NCBI GenBank assembly: GCA_051362555.1
Contig: CM120649.1
Location: forward strand, 19,730,567 to 19,794,566
Origin: Lingula anatina
Lineage: Eukaryota > Animalia > Brachiopoda
Direction: 5' to 3'
DNA length: 64,000 nucleotides
In this document: positions 35,246 through 49,359 of the stretch, piece by piece
Layout of the letters: every line of letters starts with the position of its first letter
How positions within the stretch are numbered: the stretch's first letter is position 1
Made by a program: the position numbers and the translations under genes
The notes under the pieces: generated by a model
The model's input: the letters and a program-made list of their open reading frames with translations, nothing else
The model's database searches: none
What the model was told of the DNA's origin: nothing

Positions 35246-36752
35246 AATAGGAGTACAGAAAGTAATTTAATTGCATTGAATAAATGATCAAATACAGATA
35301 ATTAAAAACATGTCATCGAGTGTCTGATAGCGCTCATAAATAAGTACACTGTACTATTTGTCGTTAAGCATTTATTGGTCCAACTTGACAATGATCGGTA
35401 TCTGAAACAGAAGAGTAAATTACATAAGTCTACACAAATAGCAATCCTATAGATGGTAAGCACTATACTATGGATTTTGAAACCGGCCATCCCAGTTCTA
35501 ATCTCGTTAGAACCTAACTGTGTTGCAGAATGTCCTAAATCTATGTTAGTGATCCCTAAGCAAAATAAAAAGTTTGCGGCTACATTGCAGAAAAATTGCC
35601 AGTTTGTAAGAAAAATTTTTACTGCTGCTAATTTGCAACCACATTGCAGCAAACTACAAGAAGAAATTGTAGCTTGCAGCAATTTTGCAGCAAATCTGCT
35701 AAAAAATTTCAACAGGCCTGATATTTTGCTAAGGGTAATTGCTTCCCTAGCTTCAATAATGCAGAACAAAGATTTTTCTGAACTACGTACAGTGTCGGAT
35801 TTGGGGGGGGGGGGGGGGAGGGGGAGGGGGGAGGGGGTCCTGCCTCCCCCCTCGTTCGATTTCTGAATAAAAAAATCACATCCATGGTCCCCTCCTGAAA
35901 TCAGAATTTTGACTATCTGAATCATAGTTCTAAAGAGTACCAAATGGCACCGTTGGCCCTCTAAAATACCATAATACCTTCAGCAGGCCCCGAACCCCGT
36001 GCCAAGAGGGGGGGGGGGGGGGGCGCCTTCCCATCCGCGGACCACCTCTTCAAGTAATCCTGGATCAGCCCCTATAATTGAATTGATCTGAGCACGAGGC
36101 TCCCTCCCATTTGTGGAATTTGAAACTTCAAGGTAGCGACTTCTTTCTGCAAATTTCGGACAATGTTCTTGTTGCCATCTACTGTTGCATTACAGCTGTA
36201 CAGGCAGTACTACACTTGCCGCCACAACACCCTAATTGCTTGTCATCCCTTAGGTTGGCTATAGTACGCCGGGTTTACGTACTTATATTTAAAAAAAACA
36301 GAAGATTTCTTCTCACCGATGTGCTCATGTGTAGATCAGATCACCTGTATTTACATCCGGGCACTTATTATTCCTGGTGGACGGGGTAAAGGGTACGAGA
36401 AATTCAGAAAGTATTCAGAATTATCATTATTTTAATAAAATTTTATCAGATGTTTAAATAAAACTCTACTTATTAAAAGATACGAAAAACATTCGCTTAT
36501 TCTCGCCTAGAATACATAATCACTGTGGTTCATTTTTTTTCTTTCTTCTTCTTGTTTTTTTTTTTTTTTTTTTTGTGACCTGAGATGCCTTTTTCCCCCC
36601 ACATTTTTTTCTAGTGGCCTGAGATGCCGTATTCCGCCATTTTGTAAGCTGTCCTGCCGTTTCTCCAATAGCGAACCTGTCTCAACCGCCTCGTGGTTCT
36701 GGCGGACATGTTCAGCAGTAGGCTCGGTATTTTGACCATTATATAACATGTA

Positions 36753-39142
36753 ATGATGTTTTCTTCGGCACTGGGATATGTCTACCGAAGCTGTAGTAGA
36801 CACGATTTTGTAGGTAGAGTAGCTCAGTGTCTTGCACCACTGCCGTCACGATGTCATGTACCGCTGCGGTTTACATGCGCCGTTTCACAACTCCGAAGTC
36901 CTCGGAAGACGTGGGGTTGGTCGTTGGGGAGACATGTCGGCGGAATTAACCAGTCATACTCTACAATGGCCATCACGAAACATGTTTATAACAGAATCAT
37001 CAGAGAGAGCCAAATGAATTTTGAAAGTAAAGCGGAGTGGAACATAACGCAAGATGGAAGGAGCAAAGCGGAGATTATCAGTGATTACGAGAACAGAGCC
37101 AGTAAGGCCGATAGTGACCTTGACGGAGAGATACTGTACATATTTGCTGTCGGTAGTCTTTTGAAGGATTCACCTAAATCTCAAGAAACTCATCTTCCAC
37201 AAGATGACAGGATATCATCAGCCCTGCAAATCATCCTCAACAAAGGTTTGATGGAGGGAAGTTCCTCGAGTCAGTTACGCAGATTGTTGTTAGTTGGGGC
37301 CAGAATTCATCAATCTCCAGAAGTTCTTCGGTTTAGTAAGGAACTGGAGAGACACATGTCACAGGTATGGTCCGAATGGCCTGTTAAGTCTAAGATACAA
37401 GCCTGCCACGGGTGGTTTCGTTTGTCTGCAATACACAGGCAGAAATACTTCGAGGACCAGATCCGAATTTTCTTAAAGCACATGAGAGAGGCAAAGCTTG
37501 GGTGGGAGGAACCTGGACGCAAAAATATTTACCAGCTCCTTCATGTTCTGTCCAGTGTAACATACTATTCTAATGCACTGGGTGGAAGATGGGCGGATGA
37601 AAACGATGTTGGATTATTTTTACAGAATTTGGAAACGTGGTATTTTGACATGGATTTAGAGCCAAAAGAAGTGGACAGTTATGTCAGTGTCTGTCACAGT
37701 GTTGATTATTTGGTGCCTTCTGACATTTTATGGAAGATGTTAAAGATTCTCCAAAAGGCAACACTTTGTGAAGAAGTTGGAAAAGACAACAATGCATATT
37801 TGTGCATTAAAAACATGTTGGATTTAGCTCAAAAGCAGGAGTTGAATAAAGATTTCATGTACATACAATATGTTACAGAACTTGCAGAAGTATTTAAGAA
37901 GCAGGCATCTTTGTTGTCATTGATGCACCAAATTGAAATTACATGGAAATTTAGTTTAGTGCTGTATTGTGATCATGAAATGATTTTGAAAGTTTTAAAG
38001 AACTATGTGGCTGATGAACAAGACGGCAATAACAACAATGTTTATAAATTAGTTACCGCTTACCGAATAATGGATTGTAATCCAAATATTACTCTTGTAG
38101 AAACAGTGAGAGATTTAATACAAAGCCAAGGGAAAAATGCCTCCCCTTTCCAATTACTTTCCATTGCTCATGATTTGATATGCCGTCATGGCTATCTTGA
38201 AGTCTTCAGTGAAATACTAGATTGTTTTTTTGAGTCTGATCTGATGAAGGAAGAGTTCTTAAGTGAGCTGAGCCCAGGAAGGATTAAAATCATTCTAGAG
38301 TTGTGTGGAAGGTTAGAAATAGAACAAATTGACAGATATGTTAAGAAGATTCCACCCAGCCTCTACAAGGTACATGGTGTTCAAGACTGTGCAGAGAAAT
38401 TGAAAACAGATTGCCAGCTGTCCTCAGTGAAGGCTGTTTTAGCAGCTGTGCAGATTAATCTTGGTGGTTCCCACATGGCAAGAATCATGCCAGTACTTCC
38501 CATATATCTTCCTATTGTGGAGTGCTGTTTGAATGAAGTGAATGAGCCTGTAGACATGGAGCTGGTGCCCAGGGTTTTTGATGAAAATGGATTCCTCAAA
38601 GTGGAAAACTTGTCTGCCCTGCCTGAAGGTTGGAGAAAAATAGCAGTACTAGTATTGCCTTCACAATATAAACATCTCTTTATCAACAAGCCAGCATACA
38701 CTGGTGAGTTAAAATGTTGTTGTCCTGCTTAAGATAACATCTACTGGTCGGGTTCAGAAATAGATTTTATTAATTTATTTTTTTATTATTATTTTTTAGG
38801 TGTTCTCACATACTTCAATGGGATGACGGTATTAGAGGCCATCTTAATTTGAATGTATTATATGTAAGGTCAAAGTGATTAAGATTTGAATAGATTTCCC
38901 AAGTTTATGTTAATTTTTCATTACATTAAGGCATGCGTTTTCTAACAGTAAGGCCTCAATTTATGATTAATGTTTACATTGATTTGTATTTTTTCTCTTC
39001 ATCAGGTGACTTCAAAGCAAAGCTACACTTCCTAGGACGTGCAGGATACCAAAAGGTTGTACTGGTTACTAAAGTTCCGATAAAGGAGAAGTTACACAAA
39101 TGTATGAGGGATATATTGAAAGAAATCCCTGATATAAGGTGA
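36753..39142 (+). CDS. FASTK-family / RAP-domain mitochondrial RNA-binding protein-like (~695 aa, 2 exons)
   Basis: Exons 36753-38703 and 39006-39142 (phase 1). The Arg/Ser-rich, acid-poor N-terminus resembles a mitochondrial presequence, and the body is helical and Leu-rich. The C-terminal KIAVLVL...HLFINKPAYTGDFKAKLHFLGRAGYQKVVLV fits the RAP-domain pattern. AATAAA lies at ~39165. Confidence 0.7.
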
Positions 39143-39228
39143 GGAAGTAGCATTATAATTGATGAATAAAAATACTGTGGTTTTTAAAAGGTAACATTTT
39201 GTTATAGAATCTTGTTCTTTTTAATATC

Positions 39229-39269
<41 letters not shown>

Positions 39270-40559
39270 TTTTTTTTTTTTTTTTTTTTTGAGGCAGGGT
39301 CCTACCTAATTTGCATATAAAGGGGATTTTTTTGGGCAAAGCATACACTGCATTCATTGCAAAGTCATCTTTGTTTTGAGATCTAGTATTGCAAGCTATT
39401 TACCCAAAAATATATAAATTGAGTTGACTTAGTTCACTTTATAAGACTAAAAACTATTTTCAAAACAGTCACTAATTTTTGCACTTAGTGCATGTATTTG
39501 GAATACAAACTTAAAATTTCAGAACATTCCTACTTACAAAATTTTAAATTTCTGAAACCTTATACCACTAGACACCTGAATACAAAAGAAAATTTATGAC
39601 TTGATGATTAATTAGTACCACCAGCGTGTACGCTGGCAGTACTCATGCTTTTTGTCCCAACCCTTTTCGTACGGCTCCTTTGGCTCCTGCGGCTCCATGT
39701 TCTGGCGCCGGATACAAGTCACCGTTACTGCTTCTTCTAGACCGCAAAGACCCGTGTCCCCATCTCTTAGATTTAGGTCACATATAATCTCAACTTGAAC
39801 CCCCTGGTTTTTTATAGTCTGTGCCAAAAACTTTTAGACTGCTAGCCCTTTGGGTAAGCAGGGTCTAAACATTTACTAGCCCAAACCAAAAAACACTAGC
39901 CTGATTTATAATAATAATGTAAACAGTTTAAGCAAATGTTGTAAAGAGTTGTGGTATCAAACTATCTTTAAACCTTATCAGGTGATCAATAACAAAGTCA
40001 ATCAGGTTGATTAAAAGTGGGTTGGCTTTGGAAGGGTTTTATTCAACTGAGAGGCTAAATACAAGCTGGGTACATCAAATAAGAGTCGGGAAGAAGAAGA
40101 TTGGCAGTTGATATTTTGAACATTTTGCTGAGAGGTAAAATAAGCTCAAAATTACTACAGCTAGCCTATTTGGGTTAGTGTTTTAGAAAATTAAAAATTG
40201 TTTACTAAGCTGATGCCACTTTAGGTGGGCAATTGCCTCGGGCTAGTGCTTAAAGAGATAATAACTCTTCGCATGAGATCTATATTTCACAATAAAAACA
40301 TTGTGAATAACTCAAAGAAATATAATATATGCTGTTTTACCAGAAAAACAGCAGTTATAGCTATTATTCTGATATCTGAGCTTGTCTTTATACCATGTGA
40401 CCTCCAGTGATTTCCAAACATTTTAGAAAAAAACCAGGGACTAACTTTGAATGTAAAAATGGATTCATTAACCATTGGTAAGTATGGGAAAATTGTTGTT
40501 TACTCCAGGAAAATTCTTTTTTTTTGGCCGAAACGAAGAGTTATTATCCCTTTAACATT

Positions 40560-41720
40560 GTATACCTCATCACTTGTGTCTGACATCGCCAACATAATTG
40601 TCATGCACTTTCAATGATAACATCATAAGATGAAAACTGTTTGTCCAGCTGCCTTCAAACTTACAGAATGATGAATATTCATATAGTGCAGGTCCAGTTC
40701 GAAAATCAGCTTGATTGGGCCATTTTTCTGAAAGTTATGCTCTTTTTTTTTTTTTTTTTTTTCCAGCTTATATGCAATACATATAATAAACTCTTGATTA
40801 GACCATTTCTCCAAAAGTTATGCAGGTTTTTTTTCCTGCTTTTTATATACGGACACAATCAGTACATGTATATATAGTCAGCACCTGTGTTTGTCGTTGC
40901 CTTCATTACCGTGCACTTTCAGTGATAACATTACAAGTGGAAAAATGAAATGCAGCTCAAGTTTGAAATTCGACCTGATCGAACCATTTTCCTTAAAGTT
41001 GCGCAAGCAGGGTCTAAAATTTTTCTAAATTTTTTTGTTTTTTTTTGTTTTTTTAAAATCATTTTATCCACCGTGATACAAATAAACTGCAAACTGTTTT
41101 TCTTTTTGTCTTCAAATTAACAGATCTTATGAAAATGTGTGTTCGCAATCAGCTTGATCTGACCATTTTCCAAAAGTTATGCCCTTTTTTATCATTATAC
41201 AAATAACATGAAAACTTTGTCATATTTTGCTTTAAACCTTACAAGACTGATTCATATGACTAATGTTCAGGTCAAGTTTGAAAATTATCTCAATTGGTCT
41301 AGTTTGGATGATATTATCCTTTTTTTTTTTTTTTTTGTATAATTATATGAGTGGTGTTTCCTCAGTGTCATTTCTTAGGTTTGTTTACAGTCTCAGTATT
41401 GAACTCATTGCATATGTAAAATTGTCCTTTTGACATTTTCTGCATCTTAACAATTTTGTTTTTTCATTATATAAAACTGGTGGTTAATCTGTTATCATGC
41501 ATTGCATAAAAAAGAGTCAAAAATGGAAATAAACTCATATCATTGCAGTTTGTCAGATTCAATCCTTCACTATGTTCATATTCTCAGAATGGAGCAAATT
41601 AGACATTAAAATTGTTCTACTGAAATTTCCATTGATATCTTGACAAATATGTGAGTTGATCATATAAAATGGTAGTAAATTGGTTATTTTGTATTATGTA
41701 AAAAAAGCGTTGAAAATGGA
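40560..41720 (-). mobile_element. Diverged HINE-like element related to 3850-5060, opposite orientation
   Basis: Reverse-complement similarity, e.g. 41540-41610 to 3920-3995. Degenerate satellite units lie at 40620-41310. Confidence 0.6.
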
Positions 41721-42653
41721 CATTTTTTTTTTCTGCTTTATATCTATAAGTTTGAGTTTTGCTGCCTTGTTTCAGCATATTTTGAAAATATAAAGGTTTA
41801 ACATTCCCCAAGCTGAAAGAGTTATGAGAAAAGTTACTTAAGATGTCTGACCTAAAAGTCATATGTGGAGATTTAGCATGTGGTATGCTTTGAAGCTGTA
41901 CAGTTTTGCTCTAAAATATTGATATTGTTTTATTACTTTTTTTAAAGGTTACCAGATAATTAGGAGACTTTTGGAGTGTTTCATGACAGGATTGAAGAGG
42001 ATTGGGCAACTCTCTGCTAACATTGACTGTTGAATGTTAATCTGAAACCAAACTCTCTGTAGTGATGTGCTGTTACCATTAGGACTTCATCAAATGATAC
42101 AATTCTGTGGATGTGTGTGCCTTTTGCTGGGACAGAATAACACTAGGCAAGGCATTGTATTACGCTTCAAATCTGCTTGGTAAAATTTGACTAAAAGTCA
42201 CAAACACCAGTGACTGGGACAATAATGTACACTTAATCTGTCATTCTGCTCAATTTAGTTAAACAGAATATAGAACTTGCAACTCCTTTTGTATATTACT
42301 GAAGACATTTGTTCCACTTGCGTAATTTGAAACATGTTTAATTACCATTGTACAGCCTGTTGTATTTTTTTAATTGTGACAATTGTAACATTAAAGTTAA
42401 AGAAAATTGTAGCTTAGATATTTGAAATATATAATAAAAATGCTATACATGACATCTACATTATTATTATTTCGTTACGTAACAAATTTTTCAATCACTT
42501 AATTTGGGAAAAGCCAAGAGTTTGTAAATAAATTAAATTGTTAATAAAATTTCTCCTAGAAGTTATAATAATAATAGAATAATCATGTCAGTCAATTTAA
42601 CTGATTACATTTTTATTGTAAAATATGCATCCCATACAAAAATTCATTATCCA

Positions 42654-45600
42654 TTAATAACCGTTCTCTTGAATAAATTGTGCTATCCTCCTGTATGCCT
42701 TTTGGCAGTTCTCTCTGAAATAGCCTGGAAAATTTAAAGAGATTATACTGTATTATGTAGCCGAATAATTATGCAACAGTCTCCACCAATTATTCAAAAT
42801 GAAGCCAAGGAGTCAACAAATGAAACACCTGTATGTTCAATTAAGTGTGCATATATGACATGATAAATGGGGCCCTTAGGGACCATTCCCACAGATATTT
42901 GGATCGATTTATCTCCCTGGGGAGTCTAACTAAATTGCTGTCAGCTTAACCGGCTTAAATGTCTGTCCGGCCTACTAAAAGCTGTAAGGGGGAAATTTAC
43001 TTTCTTGCGCACTCTGCTCTCTCTTGAGCTGATAGCAATTTAGCGTGAACCCCCAGGGAGTTAGGTCGATCTAGATGGATCAATCTAAGCATGGGAACCC
43101 AGTCTTAGTGTCAGATTAATGGCAGTTTATGCTGATCACTGGTCATAAATAAATCTCTAAAAAAGCGACAATTAGAAAACACAATGTCTGAAAACAAATT
43201 ACCTGGTATGTTGAAAAACGCGTGTATAACACCATCGAAGTAAAGCGTCTCGTTCTTCACCCCTGCATCTGTAAGAGCCTTGGCATAGGCTGAAATGAAT
43301 TCAGTCTCAACTCGAAATTTCACAGTGAATTCAAAGATTGATAAATAATGCGTGAATAATGTTCATTGTGAGGACAGCTTAGCAATGAGTAAACCTGTCG
43401 CGTGTCTGATTTCATTATGTGTAATAGGTTTGGTAACAAAACATTGTATTTTATACCGCAACTGGTGACTCTCTACCCATCGAGTCAATTCACGATGAAA
43501 AAGGTGGAGGATATGTCATCAAATCCATTGTGTTAGCTGTGGCATGAACACATCAATGTGTTAGGTGTGATTGTGAACCGAATGCGTTAGTTGAGACATG
43601 AACAATCTTACCCCCACTATCGTCTCGCAATGGATCATGACTGGCGACAATGAACAGCGCGGGTGGAAGATGATCGAACTTCTGTCGCAGCACTGGAGAG
43701 GCCCGTGGGTCAGTTTTCTCAGCGTCGTTGTTTAACCAGTGATTTATATACCTATATGTCAAGTTAAAACTGATTAGGAAATGGTTGGTTACAAAGGTAA
43801 CGGAAATACTAGTAGTATGCCTATTTGCAATCTACTTTTAACATACCCAAGGATCAACTACAAAGGGGAGAGGGTTAGTCTAACGTGGAGCGCTAGGGAG
43901 TTTAGTGTCATGCATAAAAACGTGGAACCAAAGTGGTATCACGTGGTTTCTGCTTACACCGACCCTTTCACCTCAGGTTTGTCTTTATTCGCGACCGTTA
44001 AATTATAAAATGAAAAACCTTTTTACAACAAGAAGACAGAACTAATTCGCGTCATCGAACCATTGATAGTCTTAGCAAGAAGGTGTAAATTAAAAAACGT
44101 ACCAGTTAACTACAGGAGTGGTGAGTCCGTATCCTTCTGCACACTCTACATAGGCGGGATAAGGGATGGTGAGATTTACACAGGGATAGACCAGGATCTG
44201 AAAGCATGAACAACTCTTAGCAAACTACATTGTAGGCTACTCTCTGGCCACAGGGGTCGCTCATAGTCTCTTACAAAATCGCTGAATCAACCCTTCTTCA
44301 ATTTTTGTACACTACACAAGTGACTCGATCCTGTGATATCAATTTGCATTAACAACCATTGTGGGCGTGTAACAATGGTTGTCAATGCAAATTGTTGTGA
44401 ATTAACAAAGGTTGCCAATGCTTACCCATTGGTTGTTTAAAAGGCACTTTCTCCCATAGGGCCTACTACATAGGCCTATCTGTCTTAAGTTTTTTTAAAG
44501 GCTTTTAGAACACCCTGTACCGCGGTGACAGAGAGTTTTTTTACTTAGAAATTCACAGATATTTCTCTGGACTATCTTGTGCACACTTCTGTACAGGATG
44601 ATTTTTGCACGAAATTTCATAGGGGGCCTAAGTGACGTCATCCCCCAGCTGTATTTTGGTAGATCTAGAGGGAAGTCTTGTCTACCAGTATCATAGAAAA
44701 CGTACACTGCCTTCAGCTACATGTACACCAACGGTACATTTTTTCTTTAGTCGTCGTTTTTTTCGAAATAAAATCACTTTACTGAATTCGCTTAGCCTTT
44801 TGAAACTTCCAACTAGATAAACTACCTGAAAAGCGAGGCCAGTGACGTCATGTGCGACAGACGACGACACGGTCCCCCCTGCGCTGTCACCGCCGACCCC
44901 AACTTTACTCTTGGAACTTCCGCCTGAGATAGAGAAAGAATTTTTTTGCTTTCAAGAAATACTGTTATATAGCTTACAATTTGGAAGCAATCGTTGCAGT
45001 GCAAAATTGAATCAACACTGTACGCACTCTGTTTTAAAATTCGCAATAATTTCCAGCTTTGGGTTTAATTTCATGAAGTAGGCCTATTTTATGGAATAAA
45101 GATTCTATAATTTTCGTTTAATTTTTGTTCGTTGAATTTAAAAGAATTACAATGGTCAAATTAAGAGAGTTGTCAATAGTTCAATTATATACATTTAGGA
45201 CGAGGTGAGTCCATTCTTCTCACCAATTTTCTCTTTGTTTTCCTTCACCCACTTAACTGCCACAATGGCGTCCTCCAAGACGGCCGGAAACTTGTGTTCG
45301 GGCGAAAGCCTGTATTCTACGTTGACCACGACACATTTGGACTCCCTGGTATCAAAATAAACTTTGTATCACTTCAAGGAACTCTCTAAGTTTTTTTTTT
45401 AATAAGCGTAGGCCCCTATATAGATCGTAGGGGCCTACAGACAATTAACAGAGTGACAAAAGTAACTTGGGACAGGCTACAGATGAACCCCTTATCCTGA
45501 TATCGATTTAGATCAACTCTGGATAGACTTAGGGCGCATTTTCAATGAAACTGTCTAAGTACAGACTTGACATTTAATATGGAATATTTCAGTTTCGAAG

Positions 45601-48184
45601 GTATGCCTAGGTAAAAATGCATTCTTTTTTCAAAAAACTCCGATCTCATATAAGATATGTGCATGGAGAAGTGTGTAGTCAGGTGTGTCGCTTCCAATTA
45701 ACTGAATACCAGGTTTGTTGCGCTGCTGCATTATGTAATATGCAGTGATTTAATTGGGTAGTGCTCCTTTGGGCAGGTCAAAGCTTGGCTTTGGCAAAGC
45801 ATGGTTCTGTCAAATAAGTATCCATATGTCGGCAACTACTGCATAGAAGAATTCGAAATTTTGCATGCGAGTGGTCGCTTTTGCAAGGTGTAAAATGAGC
45901 TATGCAGTGCTCTGCATATTTGTTAATCTGTGGCAGAATGGCGCGAAAAAGACAGACATTGCCGGACAGATAATTGCGCCAAACGAAACGGTCCGCACAG
46001 TTTTATAGAATAATGCCCAGACTGATGTACCTACACAGAATCCACAGCCAATGTATTGAAATCTTACCACCAGGGTACAGGACCCACTGTCTGTCGGGAT
46101 ATGCTATTGCAACTAAACAAAAACCACCCAGTCCGTTCAGAATGAGGGGTAAATTGCCACCAAAACGCATTTTTCAAGGCCCTTAGCGAACACCAAACTG
46201 GTTTTAGCTGGTTAGAATACCAGACGACCTCAGGGGAACCCACTGTAAACAGCAAAACATCGTTGTATGTTTCTGTAATGAATTGGGGACCCTGATCGTT
46301 TCTGAGTTGAACACTGAAACCTCGTGACTTTCTTTATTGAGGTCAGCTTTTACCTGTACCGCTCAACCAGTCAAAACAGAGTTTACAGACATCCAGAAGA
46401 GGCCAACGACGAAGCGTGTGCCGCGTCTAAAGTGACTAAGGTCATTAACAACGTCAGTAATTGGAGTGGATACCACATTGGTGCCAAAACACCGATGATG
46501 GTCATCCACGAAAACCTGAACCAGATCAAATAAAGGAATAATCTGAGAACCACTTGACTATCATTTGATAGGGGGCACCTTAGGAACAATTTTAGGTTGC
46601 ACGGTGAAATTCCCGGTACACACATAGCACTTTTAGTAGCAGATTACTTACAGAACCAAGGGAATGAGCAGCTACCTTGGTAATAAAAATCGCCATATTT
46701 GAACCACATAGACCATATGTGGGTAGGCCATTACTCGCCGAATCAACTGCCTACATGTCCTACAACAAAACTGGACCAAATTGGACAGATTTTGACCGAT
46801 GCCTGGAATGTTATTCCAGATTGAACTCTAAAAACCTAACCCAAGGAATGCCTTGCCACTTTGGAGCGCTGGTAGCAAACAGAAGAGGTCAAGCGTAACA
46901 GCGACCGTTACTGTGACTAGACACTGACATGGAGGTTCTTTGTGAAGCGTGTAACTCTTTTACAGAAAATAATTTGGAAAATATGGAGATCCAAAATATC
47001 TCTTTTAATTGTTGTTGTATGACATAGAATAGGCAATGTGTTTTTGTTTGCTTCTCTGGCAAATTCCATTAATGAACTGATGTCACAATGACATCAAAGA
47101 GTTAATTAAAAGTTATCAAAACACGATTTTAATCCTTATTTTCATTTATCAGTCAGCGAAATAGGAAAAAACTGATGAAAAATGATTTGGAAAAAAATAT
47201 TCCATATTAAATGTCAAGTCTGTATATATATATACATTGGGAATAAGCCCCAGTTTGGTCCAAGGTAGATCGATACAGCTAAGTGGGCACCCTCAATGCA
47301 TGCAGTCATATTAACAGATTAACACTGCTCCCTGCCGTCGACGAAAATACGAAAAAGTTGCATGGTGATTATAGGCCTATAGGCCTTCTACCAGGGCCGC
47401 AGTTATTACTGTACATGTGGACATTTTAATGGCTGACATCAGACCAAAATGACGGTCTATTTATCTAGAGGCATATCTGCATGTGAATATCAGTGGAAAA
47501 CCAATCTATCGCCCTGGTAGAGGGTAGTGAATATACGTTGGAAACAAGAGGAGGACGTGTTTATCTCTTAACCTGATTGCATTCAACGAGGGTTCCATCA
47601 TAGGGTGCATTCCCAGAGATTTAGATCGATCTAGAGATTAAGATTTAGAATGACCTAACTCCCTTGGGGTTCACGCTAAATTGCAGTCAGCCGAGCGGGC
47701 ACCATATAGTTAATTACCCCCTTACAGCTTTTAGTAGGCGGGACAGACGCTTAAGCCGGCCAAGCTGACAGTAATCTAGTGAGACTCCCCACAGGGATAG
47801 ATCGATCTAAAAATCTATGGAAATGGGGTGTATCTTTTCATTTGCATAGGCCTATTTATATTTATGTGACAAATGTACCTTTACTGTGAAGGCTTTGATC
47901 ATCAAACTCACGCACTTTCACCCACAAAGGCCGAGGTAATATGTATATACTCACGTGGCCATCATCTTGCAGCAGGTGTCATAGGCCTGTCTGTCCCCTA
48001 CTGTAAACCCTCCTCCGTGAAAATACACCAAAATAGCAGGGTCTGCCGTCAGTACAGTGGGGGTGTAAACCCACAGCGGGATACCAGCTTGGGTGTAGTA
48101 TAGAAAATGAATATAAGACGAGGGCCGTGTGTAAGATAAGTGTATACACTTAACATGCTTTACTCTCTTTAAATAAAGATGATG

Positions 48185-48223
<39 letters not shown>

Positions 48224-48890
48224 TGTTAGCGACTTGTTTTTGCCTTCAACTTGCAAGTAAAATAATTTGTGTAGAATAAGAACATGTTTATCACCTTACC
48301 TGTACTAGTATATAAGCTATGCTAGCTGGTACTACTGCATTTAATTAGTTTTATTCAATCTCCTATAAGCTTGTCTTTTAAAACGGTGTTTTCTCTAAAC
48401 AAAGCATTACTTTCAATGGGAGACATATATTAACTATATACATTTCAGCGAAAACAAAAAGGAAATCTAACTTTACATCTGGCAGTCTCGTAGCCAGCAG
48501 TCTCAAAATGGGGGTTCTTTTTCCGAACAAGTGGGCCTTAATTTTACAATGAAACCCTTCTGTACCTAGATCATATTTTACCCAAAATGAACCTCTTCCT
48601 GACAAAAAGGGCGGTTCTTTCGAAACCCCCCTTCCCCCATCCCTGGCTACGGGGTTGATCTGGGCTCCATTGTAGGGCCTACCTGGATCATGCGGGGAGT
48701 CAACAATGAACTCCTTCCTCTGTCCATTGAAGTTATAGTCCAATCTCTGGTCAGACACCCTACATCTCGCCGTAACCGCCTCCCGTGCCTCGGCCACCGT
48801 CAGCTCCGTGAACGGCCTGGCCCCCGACTCCACCAGCTCCTGCAGATAGGCCCGGGTCTCGGGGTGAAGGTCCTCGTTATTTGCCGTCAT
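42654..48890 (-). CDS. Hormone-sensitive-lipase family carboxylesterase (alpha/beta hydrolase-3), ~317 aa, 8 exons
   Basis: Exons: 48890-48683, 48087-47955, 45345-45224, 44923-44826, 44197-44103, 43751-43612, 43289-43203, 42724-42654. Motifs: HGGGF, VEYRLSPEHKFP, GDSAGG, ILVYP, DPLRDD, HAFF. The Ser-Asp-His triad is intact. Confidence 0.95.
42879..43104. mobile_element. PIF/Harbinger MITE, copy 3
   Basis: Matches 6927-7152, with a TTA TSD. Confidence 0.75.
45562..47222 (+). mobile_element. Decayed Tc1/mariner element in esterase intron 2
   Basis: 28-bp TIR CAGACTTGACATTTAATATGGAATATTT and TA TSD. A stop-riddled transposase relic lies at ~46380-46900 (KTPMMVIHENLN..., QLPW**KSPYLNHIDHMW, DAWNVIP, MPCHFGALVANRRGQA). 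Confidence 0.8.
47603..47830. mobile_element. PIF/Harbinger MITE, copy 4
   Basis: Close reverse-complement match to copy 1. Confidence 0.8.
48483..48657. mobile_element. CAGG-type MITE, copy 2
   Basis: Degenerate CAG..CGTAGCCAG TIR, flanked by a direct repeat ATCTGG. Confidence 0.65.
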
Positions 48891-49207
48891 CCTCCTCCTG
48901 CAAGAGACGCACTTCTACCACGACTCTAGAGTTGGTTATAGGCCTATACCAACAGAGGATGAATATACTGGTATATGGATAAATAAATTCTGTATGAGTT
49001 TTTAAACTCAGAGTGAGGTTCTTGAAGAGAAACGTGTAGGTTAGGTCGATCTATATTATCATTATCTAGAACCTTACAAGCGGACTTGTTTGAACTCCGC
49101 AATTGGCTCAAACAAAGTGTGTATGTGAGGAATGATAAGATAAGTAACCTTCATCTATCCACAGGGGTGCAGTGATGTTGGAACCGGGACAAAGCTTAGC
49201 TGTGACC

Positions 49208-49359
49208 CACCCTGAGCTTCAGAGATAACTTGACACTAACCTCTTCACTATTAGCCTATCTTCATCGTGTCAAGTTAGCTCTTGTCAAGGTAACTTGACA
49301 CGATGAAGATAGGCTACAGTGAAAAGGTTAGTGTCAAGTTAGCTCTGAAGCTCAGGGTG
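49208..49359. mobile_element. Almost fully palindromic MITE with 8-bp TSD
   Basis: ~70-bp arms (CACCCTGAGCTTCAGAG...GTCAAGTTA) around a short loop. TSD CTGTGACC lies at 49200-49207 and 49360-49367. Confidence 0.85.

Noticed and set aside
35302-35943. Overlapping 213-aa (-) and 137-aa (+) ORFs
   Set aside because: They run through repeat-derived sequence (a ttgcagcaa-rich element also seen at ~6600-6720, and a poly-G MITE). There is no domain or splice support.
39612-39827. 71-aa minus-strand ORF in a GC-richer patch
   Set aside because: It ends in a palindromic hairpin (AGTACCACCAGCGTGTACGCTGGCAGTACT) typical of a non-autonomous element terminus, and no protein motif is recognisable.
44826-44923. 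Apparent frameshift after GDSAGG in the esterase
   Set aside because: The G run has six bases. The exon reads GDSAGGTVSSSVAHDVTGLAFQ in frame, and the ORF track simply shows another frame.
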